Shown: one piece after another, positions 36,919 to 47,326 of the stretch
Position numbering within the stretch: the stretch's first letter is position 1
Layout of the letters: every line of letters starts with the position of its first letter
NCBI GenBank assembly: GCA_002773945.1
Contig: PEZT01000016.1
Location: 11,655-75,654, forward strand
Direction: 5' to 3'
DNA: 64,000 nt
DNA from: Candidatus Beckwithbacteria bacterium CG10_big_fil_rev_8_21_14_0_10_34_10
Lineage (GTDB): Bacteria; Patescibacteriota; Microgenomatia; UBA1400
Made by a program: the position numbers and the translations under genes
The notes under the pieces: model-generated
Database searches by the model: none
What the model was told of the DNA's origin: nothing
Seen by the model: the letters and a program-made list of their open reading frames with translations, nothing else

Positions 36919-37905
36919 CTATTTTACTAAGTTATTAAAAAGGGTTTGATAATCTTGGGCTACTTTTTCCCATGAAAACTTTTCCGCCTGTTTTCTAGGA
37001 ATGTTACCCCAATCCCTTTCTAATCCTCGACTTAGTTTTTGGGCATACTGGTCAATATTCTTGGGATTTACCAAATAACCTGCCTGACCAATAATTTCTC
37101 GACGCAAACTGTCATTGGGAGCAACGACGGCTAAATTCTCCGCCATGGCTTCTAAATAACAAACCCCAAAGGCCTCTCGACTATTGGAGGGCAGAGTAAA
37201 AAGATCAGCCGTTTTATAAACTTGCGGCATAACTTGATGGTCAAATCTACTAACTAAAAACCTTTTATTGCCCAAAAGACTTCTTCCTAAAGACAAATTT
37301 TTTTCTGACTGACTACCGGCAATTAGTAAACTTCCCTTTGGTAATTTAGCAACCGCTTTAATTGCTAAATCAATTCTTTTGAAATCTTCCGAACCAGCCA
37401 CAGTTAATATTATTGGTTTTTCTAGATTAATAGACAGAGGTTTTACCCGAGGATTAAACTTCTTAATATCTACTCCATGGGGAATTCTAGCCAATTTTAC
37501 ATGAGGAGCCATTTTCTGAGCCCACTTTCTTCCTTTAATGCTTAAAGCTACAAATGTATTAGGCCAAAGCCAAAGATTAAAAAGATCATCTCTGCCAATT
37601 CCAGCATGGCCACCGATAACTATTTTGCTTTTTGAAAACAGAGCTAATAAGCGACAAAAAAAGGCCTGCCACCGACCATTTAAAGGATAAATAATATCTG
37701 GTTTAGTCCTATTAATTTTGGGTAAAACTTTTAAAGTAAAAAGCAAAGTTGACAAGTTTGAATATTTACTTATTTTCTTCTCTTTATTCCCTTTAAAAAT
37801 TGTGACTTTGTTATTCTTTTTCAATCTTGAAGACAACTCCTTAACAAAGGTTTCCACCCCTCGATCAATTAGACCACTGTAAAAACTTAAAAAAGCAATT
37901 TTCAT
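36919..37905 (-). CDS. GT-B glycosyltransferase (GT4-like)
   Basis: LPSNSREAFGVCYLEAMAENLAVVAPNDSLRREIIGQAGYLVNP. Confidence 0.65.
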   Translation of the reverse strand: MKIAFLSFYSGLIDRGVETFVKELSSRLKKNNKVTIFKGNKEKKISKYSNLSTLLFTLKVLPKINRTKPDIIYPLNGRWQAFFCRLLALFSKSKIVIGGHAGIGRDDLFNLWLWPNTFVALSIKGRKWAQKMAPHVKLARIPHGVDIKKFNPRVKPLSINLEKPIILTVAGSEDFKRIDLAIKAVAKLPKGSLLIAGSQSEKNLSLGRSLLGNKRFLVSRFDHQVMPQVYKTADLFTLPSNSREAFGVCYLEAMAENLAVVAPNDSLRREIIGQAGYLVNPKNIDQYAQKLSRGLERDWGNIPRKQAEKFSWEKVAQDYQTLFNNLVK

Positions 37906-37958
37906 CTAAAAATCTATCTTTTATTAGTTAATAAACTAAGCTACAATTAGAAAAACTA

Positions 37959-39206
37959 ATGAAAAAAGAATCAATTATTTTATTAATTCTCTCCATTTCC
38001 TTTCTTTTAATAAGATTATATCAACTTCCCTATACAGTCAATTATTCTATGGACCAAGGAACGACTCTTTTAAAAACATATAGTCTTTGGCAGGAAAAAA
38101 AATTTACCCTTATTGGGCCGGAAACATCAATAAAATCAACTGATAAACACAGTTTTTTTTATGCTCCCTGGATATATTATTTCCTTCTCCCTTTTATGCT
38201 TGTAAGTAATTGGGAGCCCTTAGCTGGTTCTTTTCTTTTTATTCTTCTAAATTTATGGGCTTTGTTTTTTTTATTTAAAGGAGTAAAGGAAAAATTTAAT
38301 CTAAAAACTGCTTTAATAGTTAGCATAATATTCACTTTCAGTCCTAAAATGGTTTACTTTTCCCAGTTTTTTTGGAACCCCAATTTTCTTGTTTTTTGTT
38401 CAAGTCTGCTTTTTTATTTTTGGGTTAAACTTAATAAAAAAGAGGATAATTTCTTAAACATATTTTTATCAGGACTGGTGATTGGTTTTGGTCTGGGAAA
38501 TCACTACCTTTTTATTTTAGTGGCTTTGCCTTTTACCCTCTGGATGATCAGCCAAAAGAACTCTTGGAAAAGTGTTTTTATCTTAGTTGAGGGTATTTTG
38601 CTCGGCCTATTACCTTTAGTTGTTTTTGAAATAAAACACAATTTTTATAATTTAAAAACAATTTTCTCAATTATTAGCAAGGGGACAGAAGAAGCCATCA
38701 GTCTACCTTTGCCATTTCACTATTATTTAAGCCTTGTTCCCCTAATCTACCTTTTAATAGCTTTAGCAATAGAAAAAATAGATAAGAAAATTCCCAAACT
38801 AGGACTTGGGATAACCATATGTTTTATTATCTATTCTTTAACCCAACTTATCCCAAAAGCTCAGGCCGGTTACACTATGCCTCCAGGCTGGAACTATAAG
38901 GGAGTTAAAAAAGCCAGCCAGATAATCTTAAAGGAAAACAAAAAAGAATATAATATTGTCAATCTTTTATCTGGTGACACCAGGTCTTATGGATTAAGAT
39001 TTATTTTGACTAAGGAAAAAAATCCACCCCTAAAGGTAAACGAATACCCTGTTTCTGATTATCTTTTTATCCTCTCTTATAAAAAACCAGAAACTGTAAT
39101 CACTGATCCTGTCTGGGAAATTAGTTCTTTTTGTCCTTGCCTAGTCTCTAAAAAATGGGAAATCCAAAACAAAATTAATCTCTACTTATTAAGGAAAACT
39201 AATTAG
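37959..39206 (+). CDS. polytopic membrane protein, GT-C-like putative glycosyltransferase
   Basis: About 11 TM helices; first loop YSMDQGTTLLKTYSLWQEKKF; 415 aa. Confidence 0.4.
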   Translation: MKKESIILLILSISFLLIRLYQLPYTVNYSMDQGTTLLKTYSLWQEKKFTLIGPETSIKSTDKHSFFYAPWIYYFLLPFMLVSNWEPLAGSFLFILLNLWALFFLFKGVKEKFNLKTALIVSIIFTFSPKMVYFSQFFWNPNFLVFCSSLLFYFWVKLNKKEDNFLNIFLSGLVIGFGLGNHYLFILVALPFTLWMISQKNSWKSVFILVEGILLGLLPLVVFEIKHNFYNLKTIFSIISKGTEEAISLPLPFHYYLSLVPLIYLLIALAIEKIDKKIPKLGLGITICFIIYSLTQLIPKAQAGYTMPPGWNYKGVKKASQIILKENKKEYNIVNLLSGDTRSYGLRFILTKEKNPPLKVNEYPVSDYLFILSYKKPETVITDPVWEISSFCPCLVSKKWEIQNKINLYLLRKTN

Positions 39207-40051
39207 TTTTCTTTCCAACCAGTTACTTTTCTTTTTAATTTTTTTAAAGGAGTCTGACCAACAGCTATAAGATAGTGAAAAAAGGGCATTTTATAGAATG
39301 GACTGGGAACAGATTTTGGCCTAGATTTATAAAAAACTTCTGGAACAGCAATCCAATCAGGTCTTTTGATCCCAATTTCATATTTTCTTTTTCTTTTTCT
39401 CATCATTACTTCTCTATCTTTTTTTAAGACTGCCGAGCGGGGTAAATAAGACATATGCCAGTAATAAACATCAGTTAAATATTTATTCCTATCCCTATTT
39501 TTCACCAAAGTCTTCTTGTTTTGCTCATAAAAACCTTCTTTTCCATAAGGACCAGCCGCATAAAGACCTTTAATGTTACCCCGAAACAAACGGTTAGAAA
39601 AAAAACCCTTTACTCCAATTGGCCCGTGAGGAGTCTTCCCAATAAAAGTTTCTGGATGAAGATAACGAATATCTCCCACAAAGTTTATCGGACGAACACA
39701 TAAACTATAAATATTATCAGGAACGTTTTTAATTTTTTGAAGTAATTTTTTTAGACTTGTTTCTGGCCAGATTTCATCACCATCTAAAATCCAAATCCAA
39801 TCTGCTTTAGTTTGTTTTAGCATTTGATTTCTCACTTTTCCATAATCTTCTTGAGAAACCTTGCCCACCTGTTTAAACTCAATCTTCCTACTCTTAATCA
39901 GCTTAATTATTTCCACTGTCTTATCAGTTGAACCCGTATCCCAAACTAATATTTTGTCTACTAAAGGCAAAACAGAATTCAAAGCATACCAAATCCAACG
40001 CTCTTCATTCTTAACCAAACAATTAACCCAAATTAATGGCTTTTTTCTCAT
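39203..40051 (-). CDS. GT-A-fold glycosyltransferase (family 2-like)
   Basis: LVWDTGSTDKT...WILDGDEIW (DxD region); 282 aa. Confidence 0.55.
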   Translation of the reverse strand: MRKKPLIWVNCLVKNEERWIWYALNSVLPLVDKILVWDTGSTDKTVEIIKLIKSRKIEFKQVGKVSQEDYGKVRNQMLKQTKADWIWILDGDEIWPETSLKKLLQKIKNVPDNIYSLCVRPINFVGDIRYLHPETFIGKTPHGPIGVKGFFSNRLFRGNIKGLYAAGPYGKEGFYEQNKKTLVKNRDRNKYLTDVYYWHMSYLPRSAVLKKDREVMMRKRKRKYEIGIKRPDWIAVPEVFYKSRPKSVPSPFYKMPFFHYLIAVGQTPLKKLKRKVTGWKEN

Positions 40052-41315
40052 GTTTCTTAAGCTGAATAAATAAATAAAGATAGTTAAAGATAAAAATTAA
40101 AATATTAGCGACTAATAAAGCTAAGGCTGCTCCCTGAGCTTGAAACTTTACTAACCATCTCTGATTAAGAACAAATAAAGTTAATACCTGAACAAAAGAA
40201 TCTAGGGCAAAAATAAAAGATTTATTCAAAGGATAAAAAACCGAGTTTAAAGGGGTAATTGCTAACCTGAAAAAACCAGCCACCACTAAAATTTTTAAAA
40301 TTGGGACTGAAGCAGAATACTGGCTTCCCAGTAATAAAGGTAAGAAACTGGTTAAAGGAAACAGAATTAAGCAAATAATTAAAAACAAGATCTGGATAAC
40401 AAAAACCTTTTTTATAAAAGCTTTTATATGGCTAAATTCCAAAAACTCTGAAGCCCGACTGACTAAAACTGTCCCCAGGGCACCGGCAAAAAGATAAAAA
40501 GGCAATAAAAACTTTTCCGCGGCTGAATAAATTCCAGTCTGGTAAGTCGAAAGTTTAGCTGAAACCATAAAAACATTAAGGTTTTCTCCTAGAGCTGCCA
40601 AAATTACAGAAACAGCCATCCAAGAAGCAAATTTCTTTAGGGTCTTAAATTCCTGAGAATGGAACTTAATTCTTAATCTTAATTTTGTTCTAGGAAAAAA
40701 GATTAAAGCAGAAATAAAAGGTCCTAAAAGATAAATAATAATATATTCTTTAAAAGAAGAGAAAAAAACAAACAAGAAAACAACCACTAGTAATTTAATT
40801 AAATTAGAAACAATATATATTGACGTACTCTCTAAAAAACGCTTATTAGCTTCAAAGAAAACTCTCACCAAATCATAAAAAACAAAAAAGGCAAAAAATA
40901 AAATTACCAATCTATTTGCTCCAGAAGTTAACGGCGCTTTAAAAAGATTAATTGATAGCCAATCAACTAAAAGCAAACCTAAAAGCGCGGTTAAAACAGT
41001 AATTATTAGCTTAACCGTAAAAACTGTTTCAAATATCCTAATAATTTTTTTGTCCTCTTTTTTTGCCCTGGCTTGAGAAATATCCTTTACCATGGCAAAA
41101 TTCAGGCCAAAATCAGCTAGTTTGGAAAGAAGAGTAAAAAAGGAAAAAGAAATTGAAAAAACTCCAAAACCAGCTGGTCCTAAAAACCGAGATAATAGAA
41201 TAATTAATACCATTCCCATAAAGCCGGCAATGGAATTACCCGCAAAAACAGTATAGGTATTCTTCGCCGTTCTGGTTTTACCTAAGTTAAATAAACTATT
41301 AATAATCTTTTTCAT
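40023..41315 (-). CDS. wzx: Wzx-type oligosaccharide flippase (MOP superfamily polysaccharide biosynthesis protein)
   Basis: N-terminal LGKTRTAKNTYTVFAGNSIAGFMGMVLIILLSRFLGPAGFGVFSISFSFFTLLSKLADFGLN; about 12 TM helices, 430 aa. Confidence 0.7.
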   Translation of the reverse strand: MKKIINSLFNLGKTRTAKNTYTVFAGNSIAGFMGMVLIILLSRFLGPAGFGVFSISFSFFTLLSKLADFGLNFAMVKDISQARAKKEDKKIIRIFETVFTVKLIITVLTALLGLLLVDWLSINLFKAPLTSGANRLVILFFAFFVFYDLVRVFFEANKRFLESTSIYIVSNLIKLLVVVFLFVFFSSFKEYIIIYLLGPFISALIFFPRTKLRLRIKFHSQEFKTLKKFASWMAVSVILAALGENLNVFMVSAKLSTYQTGIYSAAEKFLLPFYLFAGALGTVLVSRASEFLEFSHIKAFIKKVFVIQILFLIICLILFPLTSFLPLLLGSQYSASVPILKILVVAGFFRLAITPLNSVFYPLNKSFIFALDSFVQVLTLFVLNQRWLVKFQAQGAALALLVANILIFIFNYLYLFIQLKKHEKKAINLG

Positions 41316-42889
41316 TATTTCTTTTCAAAACTTTTAATTCTTAAAAAATTAAACAAGAATATTAAAAAAGCAGTTATAAAAGCAACAAAACTTATAAGTA
41401 AGCCGGCTGATTTGAAAACTATCGGTTTATATTGAGATGCCTGGCTTAAAAAGACACTAATAGGCCAAAGCTGATAATAAGAGGAAACGGCTGTCTTAAG
41501 ACCAATTAGGCTGAAAATAAACCACCAAAACATTAAAATCTTCACTCCCAAAAGCTTAAATTTCTTGGGTATCAAAGCTAATAACCCCAAAAGGATAAAA
41601 AACATATGAGAAACTATAGTAGGAAAAAAATATCTTCCTTGAATACCAAAAGAAAAACCATGACTCTGTCTAAAAAAGTAATCCCAGAAAATAATAGCAA
41701 AATAGTAAATAGCGGCCGCTACTAATAAGAAAAATATTTTAAGATTTTTTGGGCTTTTCAACTTTCTTGACTTGATCTGTTTTAAAAAGAAAATCAGAAG
41801 ACCTAAGCTACTTATAATTAAAAGCCTTGCCTGAACTTGGTTAACCCAGCGGGGTAAGGTCACTCCCAACCAATTGAAAACACCCCAATACCAGGGAATT
41901 GTTTCCGCCACCGTGTGCTGCAAGTGCCATAAAAGGTACTGCCAAAGGTTTTCGGCCAATTTTGAACTCTCACCAGGGTTATACTCCGGAATATCAATTT
42001 TTCCCTGAGTGGCAATTAAATAAATAATTACCCCTGAAGCAATTATTCCAATGCTTATCTTTCTTGCTTTTTTATTTCTTTTAAAAAGGGAAAGCAAAAA
42101 AGAAAGAAAGATAATGGGCAAAGCAATAATAATCTGTTTCTTTGTTTTTAAACCAATAAAAAGGGACAAAATAAGAAGAAAAAAATAAAATAGGTTCTCT
42201 TTTTTTATTAATAATTTTGGTTTAATAAACATCAACTTCAAACAAGCATAAATAATCAGAGTAAAAACTAAATTAAATAAGTTATCACTGCTAACTCCGG
42301 CCGAGACAAAAGAAAACATTGGCTGAAAAGCAACCAAAAAAGTTAAGGCTAATCTAAAATACTCTTTTTTGAAAATTTCTTTAGAAATTAAATAGACAAT
42401 AAAAACAGTTAGGGTAGACAAAATAACGGACAAAAAACGAGAGCTGAAAACCCTAACAAACAAATCATCTTGATAAAAGAACTTATAAATTAAAGAGTCA
42501 AGAAAATAATAGGCCGGATCATACCTAGCCGCTTCTTTCTTGACCATTGTTTGCCGATTCTCTTGGTTATTCAAATTAGTTATTTCTTTTTCGTGTAAGC
42601 CCGTTTCTTCTTTAAGATAAGGAATTTTAAACTCAGGATGGTAAGTAAATTTATTAATTCCCCTTTGGTCACGCTTTGTTCCTAAAAGTTCTGAAGAAAT
42701 ATCAATTTCTTGATTAACATCATTTTTAACTTGAGTCCCCTTAAGGGAAAAGCCTTTTTCCGCCTGAAAGGCCACATTGGCAAAATGCTGTTCTTCGTCA
42801 GGAAAATGCCAGATAGGAATTACTCCGAGCCAAAATAGCTGTTTTAAAAAATGGGCTAATAATAATAGAACAATTAATATTTTCTTCAT
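41315..42889 (-). CDS. polytopic membrane protein, DUF2142-like GT-C-type putative glycosyltransferase
   Basis: GVIPIWHFPDEEQHFANVAF motif in the first loop; 524 aa with many TM helices. Confidence 0.4.
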   Translation of the reverse strand: MKKILIVLLLLAHFLKQLFWLGVIPIWHFPDEEQHFANVAFQAEKGFSLKGTQVKNDVNQEIDISSELLGTKRDQRGINKFTYHPEFKIPYLKEETGLHEKEITNLNNQENRQTMVKKEAARYDPAYYFLDSLIYKFFYQDDLFVRVFSSRFLSVILSTLTVFIVYLISKEIFKKEYFRLALTFLVAFQPMFSFVSAGVSSDNLFNLVFTLIIYACLKLMFIKPKLLIKKENLFYFFLLILSLFIGLKTKKQIIIALPIIFLSFLLSLFKRNKKARKISIGIIASGVIIYLIATQGKIDIPEYNPGESSKLAENLWQYLLWHLQHTVAETIPWYWGVFNWLGVTLPRWVNQVQARLLIISSLGLLIFFLKQIKSRKLKSPKNLKIFFLLVAAAIYYFAIIFWDYFFRQSHGFSFGIQGRYFFPTIVSHMFFILLGLLALIPKKFKLLGVKILMFWWFIFSLIGLKTAVSSYYQLWPISVFLSQASQYKPIVFKSAGLLISFVAFITAFLIFLFNFLRIKSFEKK

Positions 42890-42970
42890 TATCTATTTAG
42901 TTAATTTTATCGCTTCCATAGAGATTTTACCAATTTAGAAGATCAGCCTCAATTAGGTTATAATTAAAAT

Positions 42971-44278
42971 ATGAAACAAAAAAACTTTTTCTGGTATATT
43001 CTTATCTTTGTTAGTTTAGGGGTAATTTCTTTCTGGACTTTGGCTTTCTTTTTAACAGAAAATAAACCCATTCACGTTCCTCTTTTTGTGGAAATTGATT
43101 TTAAAAACTATTGGTATTTATTTCCTTTAGCTCTATTAAACTATTATTTACTTTTAAAGTCAGGCTTGAATAAAAAGGTAAAGCTGGTTCTCTTTTACTG
43201 CCTTTCTTTTTCGCTTATTGTTGTCTTAAATTCTTTTAAACAAAGCTTAAATCTGACAACTCCGTTAATTGATCAAAATAACTACTACCAAGATGCTCTA
43301 GAGATTACTAATCTTAGACGTTTTATTGCCAGTTTTGACCGAAGGACTTTTTTTCATCACCTCCATACCCGAACTCACCCACCCGGACCGGTCCTCTTTC
43401 ATTATTTTTTAAACCAGCTTTTTCCAAGACTAACCATTATTAATGCCTTGGCAATAATCTTAATCTCAAGTTTAAATATTTTTGTTGTCTATAAAATAAG
43501 CTCTTTTTTTAAAAATATCAATAAAAACTTCAATCTTATTCTTTTGCTTTCCTCTCCCGGCTTTTTACTCTATTCAGCCACTTGCATGGATGCTGTTTTT
43601 GCCTTTTTAATCTCAATTTCTATATACTTTTTACTAATATTAACTAGAAACTACTCTTTAAAAAATATTATTTTAGCTAGTCTTTGGATATTTTTAGCTA
43701 CTTTTTTTACTTATGCCAGCATTATTATTCCTCTTTTCAGCCTATTTTTTATTATTCTTAATAAGTTTAAAAATAAAAAATATATTCTTAGTCAAATATT
43801 TATAATTTTTCTAGTCCTATTCATTTACTTTATTTTGAATATAACAACCGGTTTTAAACCAATGGCTACCTTTTTCTCGGCTAAAAATTTCAACACTATG
43901 CTCATGCCTGATATTTTTATGACCTTTAAGCGTTATATTTATTCTATCAGTGCTAACTTGGTAGAATATATTATCTTTTTAGGCTTACCCATTTTGAGCC
44001 TTTTAATTTTAACTATTATTAACCTAGTAAAAGACAAAAAAGAAAAGGGAAGATTTAATTATTATCTGGCTTTTCTTATTCCCATGATTTTTCTTAATTT
44101 AGGAGGAATATATAAAACAGGTCAAGTTTCCGGAGAGACAGGCAGAATCTGGCTTTTTTTAACCCCTTTGATTATTGCGGGTTTAAAAATAAATAATAAA
44201 AAAGATTTAGTTATTGGTTCCTTTTTATCTTTCGGCCAAGCAATTATAATACAAATAGCCTTTAATACTTATTGGTAA
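42971..44278 (+). CDS. polytopic membrane protein, GT-C-like putative glycosyltransferase
   Basis: HTRTHPPGPVLFHYF (HPP loop motif reminiscent of PMT/ArnT-family HPPL); 435 aa. Confidence 0.4.
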   Translation: MKQKNFFWYILIFVSLGVISFWTLAFFLTENKPIHVPLFVEIDFKNYWYLFPLALLNYYLLLKSGLNKKVKLVLFYCLSFSLIVVLNSFKQSLNLTTPLIDQNNYYQDALEITNLRRFIASFDRRTFFHHLHTRTHPPGPVLFHYFLNQLFPRLTIINALAIILISSLNIFVVYKISSFFKNINKNFNLILLLSSPGFLLYSATCMDAVFAFLISISIYFLLILTRNYSLKNIILASLWIFLATFFTYASIIIPLFSLFFIILNKFKNKKYILSQIFIIFLVLFIYFILNITTGFKPMATFFSAKNFNTMLMPDIFMTFKRYIYSISANLVEYIIFLGLPILSLLILTIINLVKDKKEKGRFNYYLAFLIPMIFLNLGGIYKTGQVSGETGRIWLFLTPLIIAGLKINNKKDLVIGSFLSFGQAIIIQIAFNTYW

Positions 44279-44298
44279 ATAGAAAAATCTAAAACCAG

Positions 44299-45429
44299 AT
44301 GAAAAGTTTAAAAATTTTAAATATACTTTTACTTTTAGCAATTTCTCTCTCCTTTATTACCTTTTTAATTAAAAACATTAGTTTTTATCAACCCGAGTTT
44401 AATTTGGGAAAATTGGAACTACTTTATTCCCAATCTCAATTCGCTCAAAATCCGGATGATAGAAAACAAATAATTGAAGATGAAGATTTATATGCCTATA
44501 GCGGCTGGAAATATTTAACCACCGGCAAGCTTGATCAAATTAATATTGAACATCCGCCTCTAGGAAAATATATGATTGGTTTTTCTATTCTTCTGTTTAA
44601 AAACCAAAATATTGGTCAAATTTTCTGGGGTATTATATTTTTAGTTCTTTTTTATAAGCTGGCTTTAAAAACAACCAAAAACATTCCTCTGTCCCTGGCA
44701 TTAATTCTTATTTTTCTCCAAGAAAAAATCTTTCAAGAGCAATTAACCCATTCTTTGTTAGACCTATCCCTGGCTGTTTTCTTATTAGCCTTTTTTCTTA
44801 ACTTAGTTAGTCAGAATAAGGAAAGTAAAATAAACCTTATTACTCAGGGTTTACTTTTAGGAATAATTAGCAGTCTTAAATACCCGACTATTGGTTTTAT
44901 TGCCTGGTTAACAATGATTCTATATTTTTTTGTAAAAAAAGAAAAAAATATCCTTAAAAAAATATTAATTCCTGGTTTGGTTGCTTTTTTTGTCTTCCTT
45001 TTTTCTTATTTTCCATTTTTTTTAAAAAACCCTCAGCCAATTTCTTTTTTTAATCTTCAGCTTGAAGCCCTAAAAATCCATCTTTCTCATGTCCCTGAAT
45101 ATCCTAAAGGTCAAGTTTTTAAGGTATTATCCTTTAACCGCTGGCTAACCTGGTGGGGCAGTGAAAAGTACATTAAGACCGTTTTCTGGAATTTTTTATG
45201 GCCAGTTTTAAGCCTAAATTTTCTCTTCAGTCTTATTTTTTTTAAGAAGTTATTTAAGAAAAACTTATTAGTAAATTTTTGGTCTTTAAATTATCTTCTT
45301 TTTTTAAGTTTAAGGTTGTTTTTCCCCCGTTATCTCTTTTTACTTTTACCCTTTTTGTACCTAAACTTATGCTATAATGGGCTTTATCTTTATAAAGCAA
45401 TTCAGGCAGGAGGAGAAAGAAAAAGATGA
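44299..45429 (+). CDS. polytopic GT-C-fold glycosyltransferase (PMT/ArnT-like)
   Basis: IEDEDLYAYSGWKYLTTGKLDQINIEHPPLGKYMIGFS, the DE ... HPPLGK first-loop signature; 376 aa. Confidence 0.55.
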   Translation: MKSLKILNILLLLAISLSFITFLIKNISFYQPEFNLGKLELLYSQSQFAQNPDDRKQIIEDEDLYAYSGWKYLTTGKLDQINIEHPPLGKYMIGFSILLFKNQNIGQIFWGIIFLVLFYKLALKTTKNIPLSLALILIFLQEKIFQEQLTHSLLDLSLAVFLLAFFLNLVSQNKESKINLITQGLLLGIISSLKYPTIGFIAWLTMILYFFVKKEKNILKKILIPGLVAFFVFLFSYFPFFLKNPQPISFFNLQLEALKIHLSHVPEYPKGQVFKVLSFNRWLTWWGSEKYIKTVFWNFLWPVLSLNFLFSLIFFKKLFKKNLLVNFWSLNYLLFLSLRLFFPRYLFLLLPFLYLNLCYNGLYLYKAIQAGGERKR

Positions 45430-46388
45430 AAAAAGTCCTTATTACTGGCGGAGCGGGTTTTATTGGCTCTCACCTTAGTGAAGAATTTTTAAATCTTGGT
45501 TATCAAGTAACTTGTTTGGACAATTTTATTACCGGCCAAAAGAAAAACATCAGTCGCCTAGCTGCCAGCCCAAACTTTAAGTTAATTAAAAGTGATGTTT
45601 CCAAAAAATCAACTTATGAATTACTTGACCAACCCTATTCTTTAATCCTCCATTTTGCCTCTCCAGCCGGAGCCAACCCCAAATCCCCCCTGTCCTACTA
45701 CAAACTTCCTATTAAAACTTATTTGGTTAATTCCATCGGCACTCACTATCTTTTAAAACTAGCTAAGAAAAATAAGGCTGAGTTTATCTTTGCCTCTACT
45801 TCAGAAGTTTATGGTAATCCCCTAGAACATCCCCAAAAAGAAACCTATTTTGGCAATACTAATCCTGTTGGTCCAAGAGCCTGCTATGACGAATCAAAAA
45901 GATTTGGAGAAATGGTGACCAATACTTATGGGAAAAAACATCAATTGAATACTAAAATCGTTAGAATTTTTAACACCTATGGACCAAGAATGAACCCTAA
46001 AGATGGCCGAGCAATCCCTCTTTTTATCACCCAAGCTCTAAAAAACAAACCAATCAATATTTATGGCACTGGCAAGCAGACCCGCAGTTTCTGCTATATT
46101 GCTGATTTAGTCAAGGGAATTGTTGAAGTCATTAATCTGGGAAAACCAGGAGAAATATATAACTTGGGCAATCCCGAAGAAATTACCATTAATCAAATGG
46201 TAGAAAAAATTATAAACCTAACAAATTCAGAATCTAAAGTAATTTATCAAAAAGAACTCGAAGATGATCCCCAAAAACGCTGCCCTGATATTAGTAAAGC
46301 TAAAAAGGGACTTAATTGGGAACCAAAAGTTTCTTTAGAAAAGGGACTTTTAAAAACAATTGAATATTTTAGGAGGGAAAATGAGTAA
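45426..46388 (+). CDS. UDP-glucuronate decarboxylase (UDP-xylose synthase)-like extended SDR
   Basis: ITGGAGFIGSHL...ASTSEVYG...ACYDESKRFGEMVTNTYGKK...IFNTYGPRM, comparable to the UXS CYDEGKR block. Confidence 0.7.
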   Translation: MKKVLITGGAGFIGSHLSEEFLNLGYQVTCLDNFITGQKKNISRLAASPNFKLIKSDVSKKSTYELLDQPYSLILHFASPAGANPKSPLSYYKLPIKTYLVNSIGTHYLLKLAKKNKAEFIFASTSEVYGNPLEHPQKETYFGNTNPVGPRACYDESKRFGEMVTNTYGKKHQLNTKIVRIFNTYGPRMNPKDGRAIPLFITQALKNKPINIYGTGKQTRSFCYIADLVKGIVEVINLGKPGEIYNLGNPEEITINQMVEKIINLTNSESKVIYQKELEDDPQKRCPDISKAKKGLNWEPKVSLEKGLLKTIEYFRRENE

Positions 46389-47316
46389 ATGTATTGTCAC
46401 TGGTGGAGCGGGTTTTATTGGCTCTCACCTTGCCAGAAGATTAGTTAATGATGGCCACCAAGTAATTATTATTGATAATCTTTGTGAAGGAAAATTAGAA
46501 AATATTGCTGATATTAAGGATAAAATAGAATTTTATAAAAAAGATATTTTAAATCTTCCTTTTTTGCAAAAAATCTTTAAAAATGTTGATTATGTCTTTC
46601 ATGAGGCCGCTTTAAGAAGTGTTGAAAAATCAGTTCATAAACCCTTGGAAACAAATAAAGTAAATATTGAGGGCACTTTAAATGTTTTAGTAGCGGCAAG
46701 AGATAATAAAGTAAAAAGGGTGATTTTTGCCTCTTCTTCTTCTGTTTGCGGAAACCAAAAAACCAAAGTTCTAACTGAATCTCTTTGCCCTAATCCTATT
46801 TCACCCTATGCTTTAAGCAAACTTACAGGTGAATTTTATTTAAAACAGTTTTATAACCTTTATGGTCTAGAAACAATTTCTTTAAGATATTTTAATGTTT
46901 TTGGACCATACCAAGACCCAGCCAATGAATATGCTAATGTTATTCCCATTTTTATTGTTAAAGTGTTAAAAAACAAAAGACCAATAATTCATTGGGATGG
47001 TGAACAATCAAGAGACTTTAATTATATTGATAATGTTGTTAAAGCCAATATCTTGAGCATGAAGGCTGAAAAAACCAAAGGTGAAGTAGTTAATGTTTGT
47101 AATGGCGAACAGTTTAGCGTTAATCAAATGCTTGAACTGATAAATAAGGTTTTAAATAAAAACATTAAAGCTGAAAAGGGACCCAAAAGAGCCGGTGATG
47201 TCAGATCAACCCTAGGTGACCCAAGGTTGGCAGAAAAAGTTATTGGTTTTAGAGCTATCACCAATTTCGAAGAAGGTTTAAGAAAAACCATTAGCTGGTT
47301 TAAAAACCAGCATTAA
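46381..47316 (+). CDS. NAD-dependent nucleotide-sugar epimerase/dehydratase (WbpP/UDP-sugar 4-epimerase-like)
   Basis: VTGGAGFIGSHLARRL...SPYALSKLTGEFY (YxxxK)...NVFGPYQDP. The start is probably the ATG at 46381 with a GGAGG RBS (the track's earlier ATG overlaps the upstream gene). Confidence 0.7.
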   Translation: MSKCIVTGGAGFIGSHLARRLVNDGHQVIIIDNLCEGKLENIADIKDKIEFYKKDILNLPFLQKIFKNVDYVFHEAALRSVEKSVHKPLETNKVNIEGTLNVLVAARDNKVKRVIFASSSSVCGNQKTKVLTESLCPNPISPYALSKLTGEFYLKQFYNLYGLETISLRYFNVFGPYQDPANEYANVIPIFIVKVLKNKRPIIHWDGEQSRDFNYIDNVVKANILSMKAEKTKGEVVNVCNGEQFSVNQMLELINKVLNKNIKAEKGPKRAGDVRSTLGDPRLAEKVIGFRAITNFEEGLRKTISWFKNQH

Positions 47317-47326
47317 AAACCCGCTA

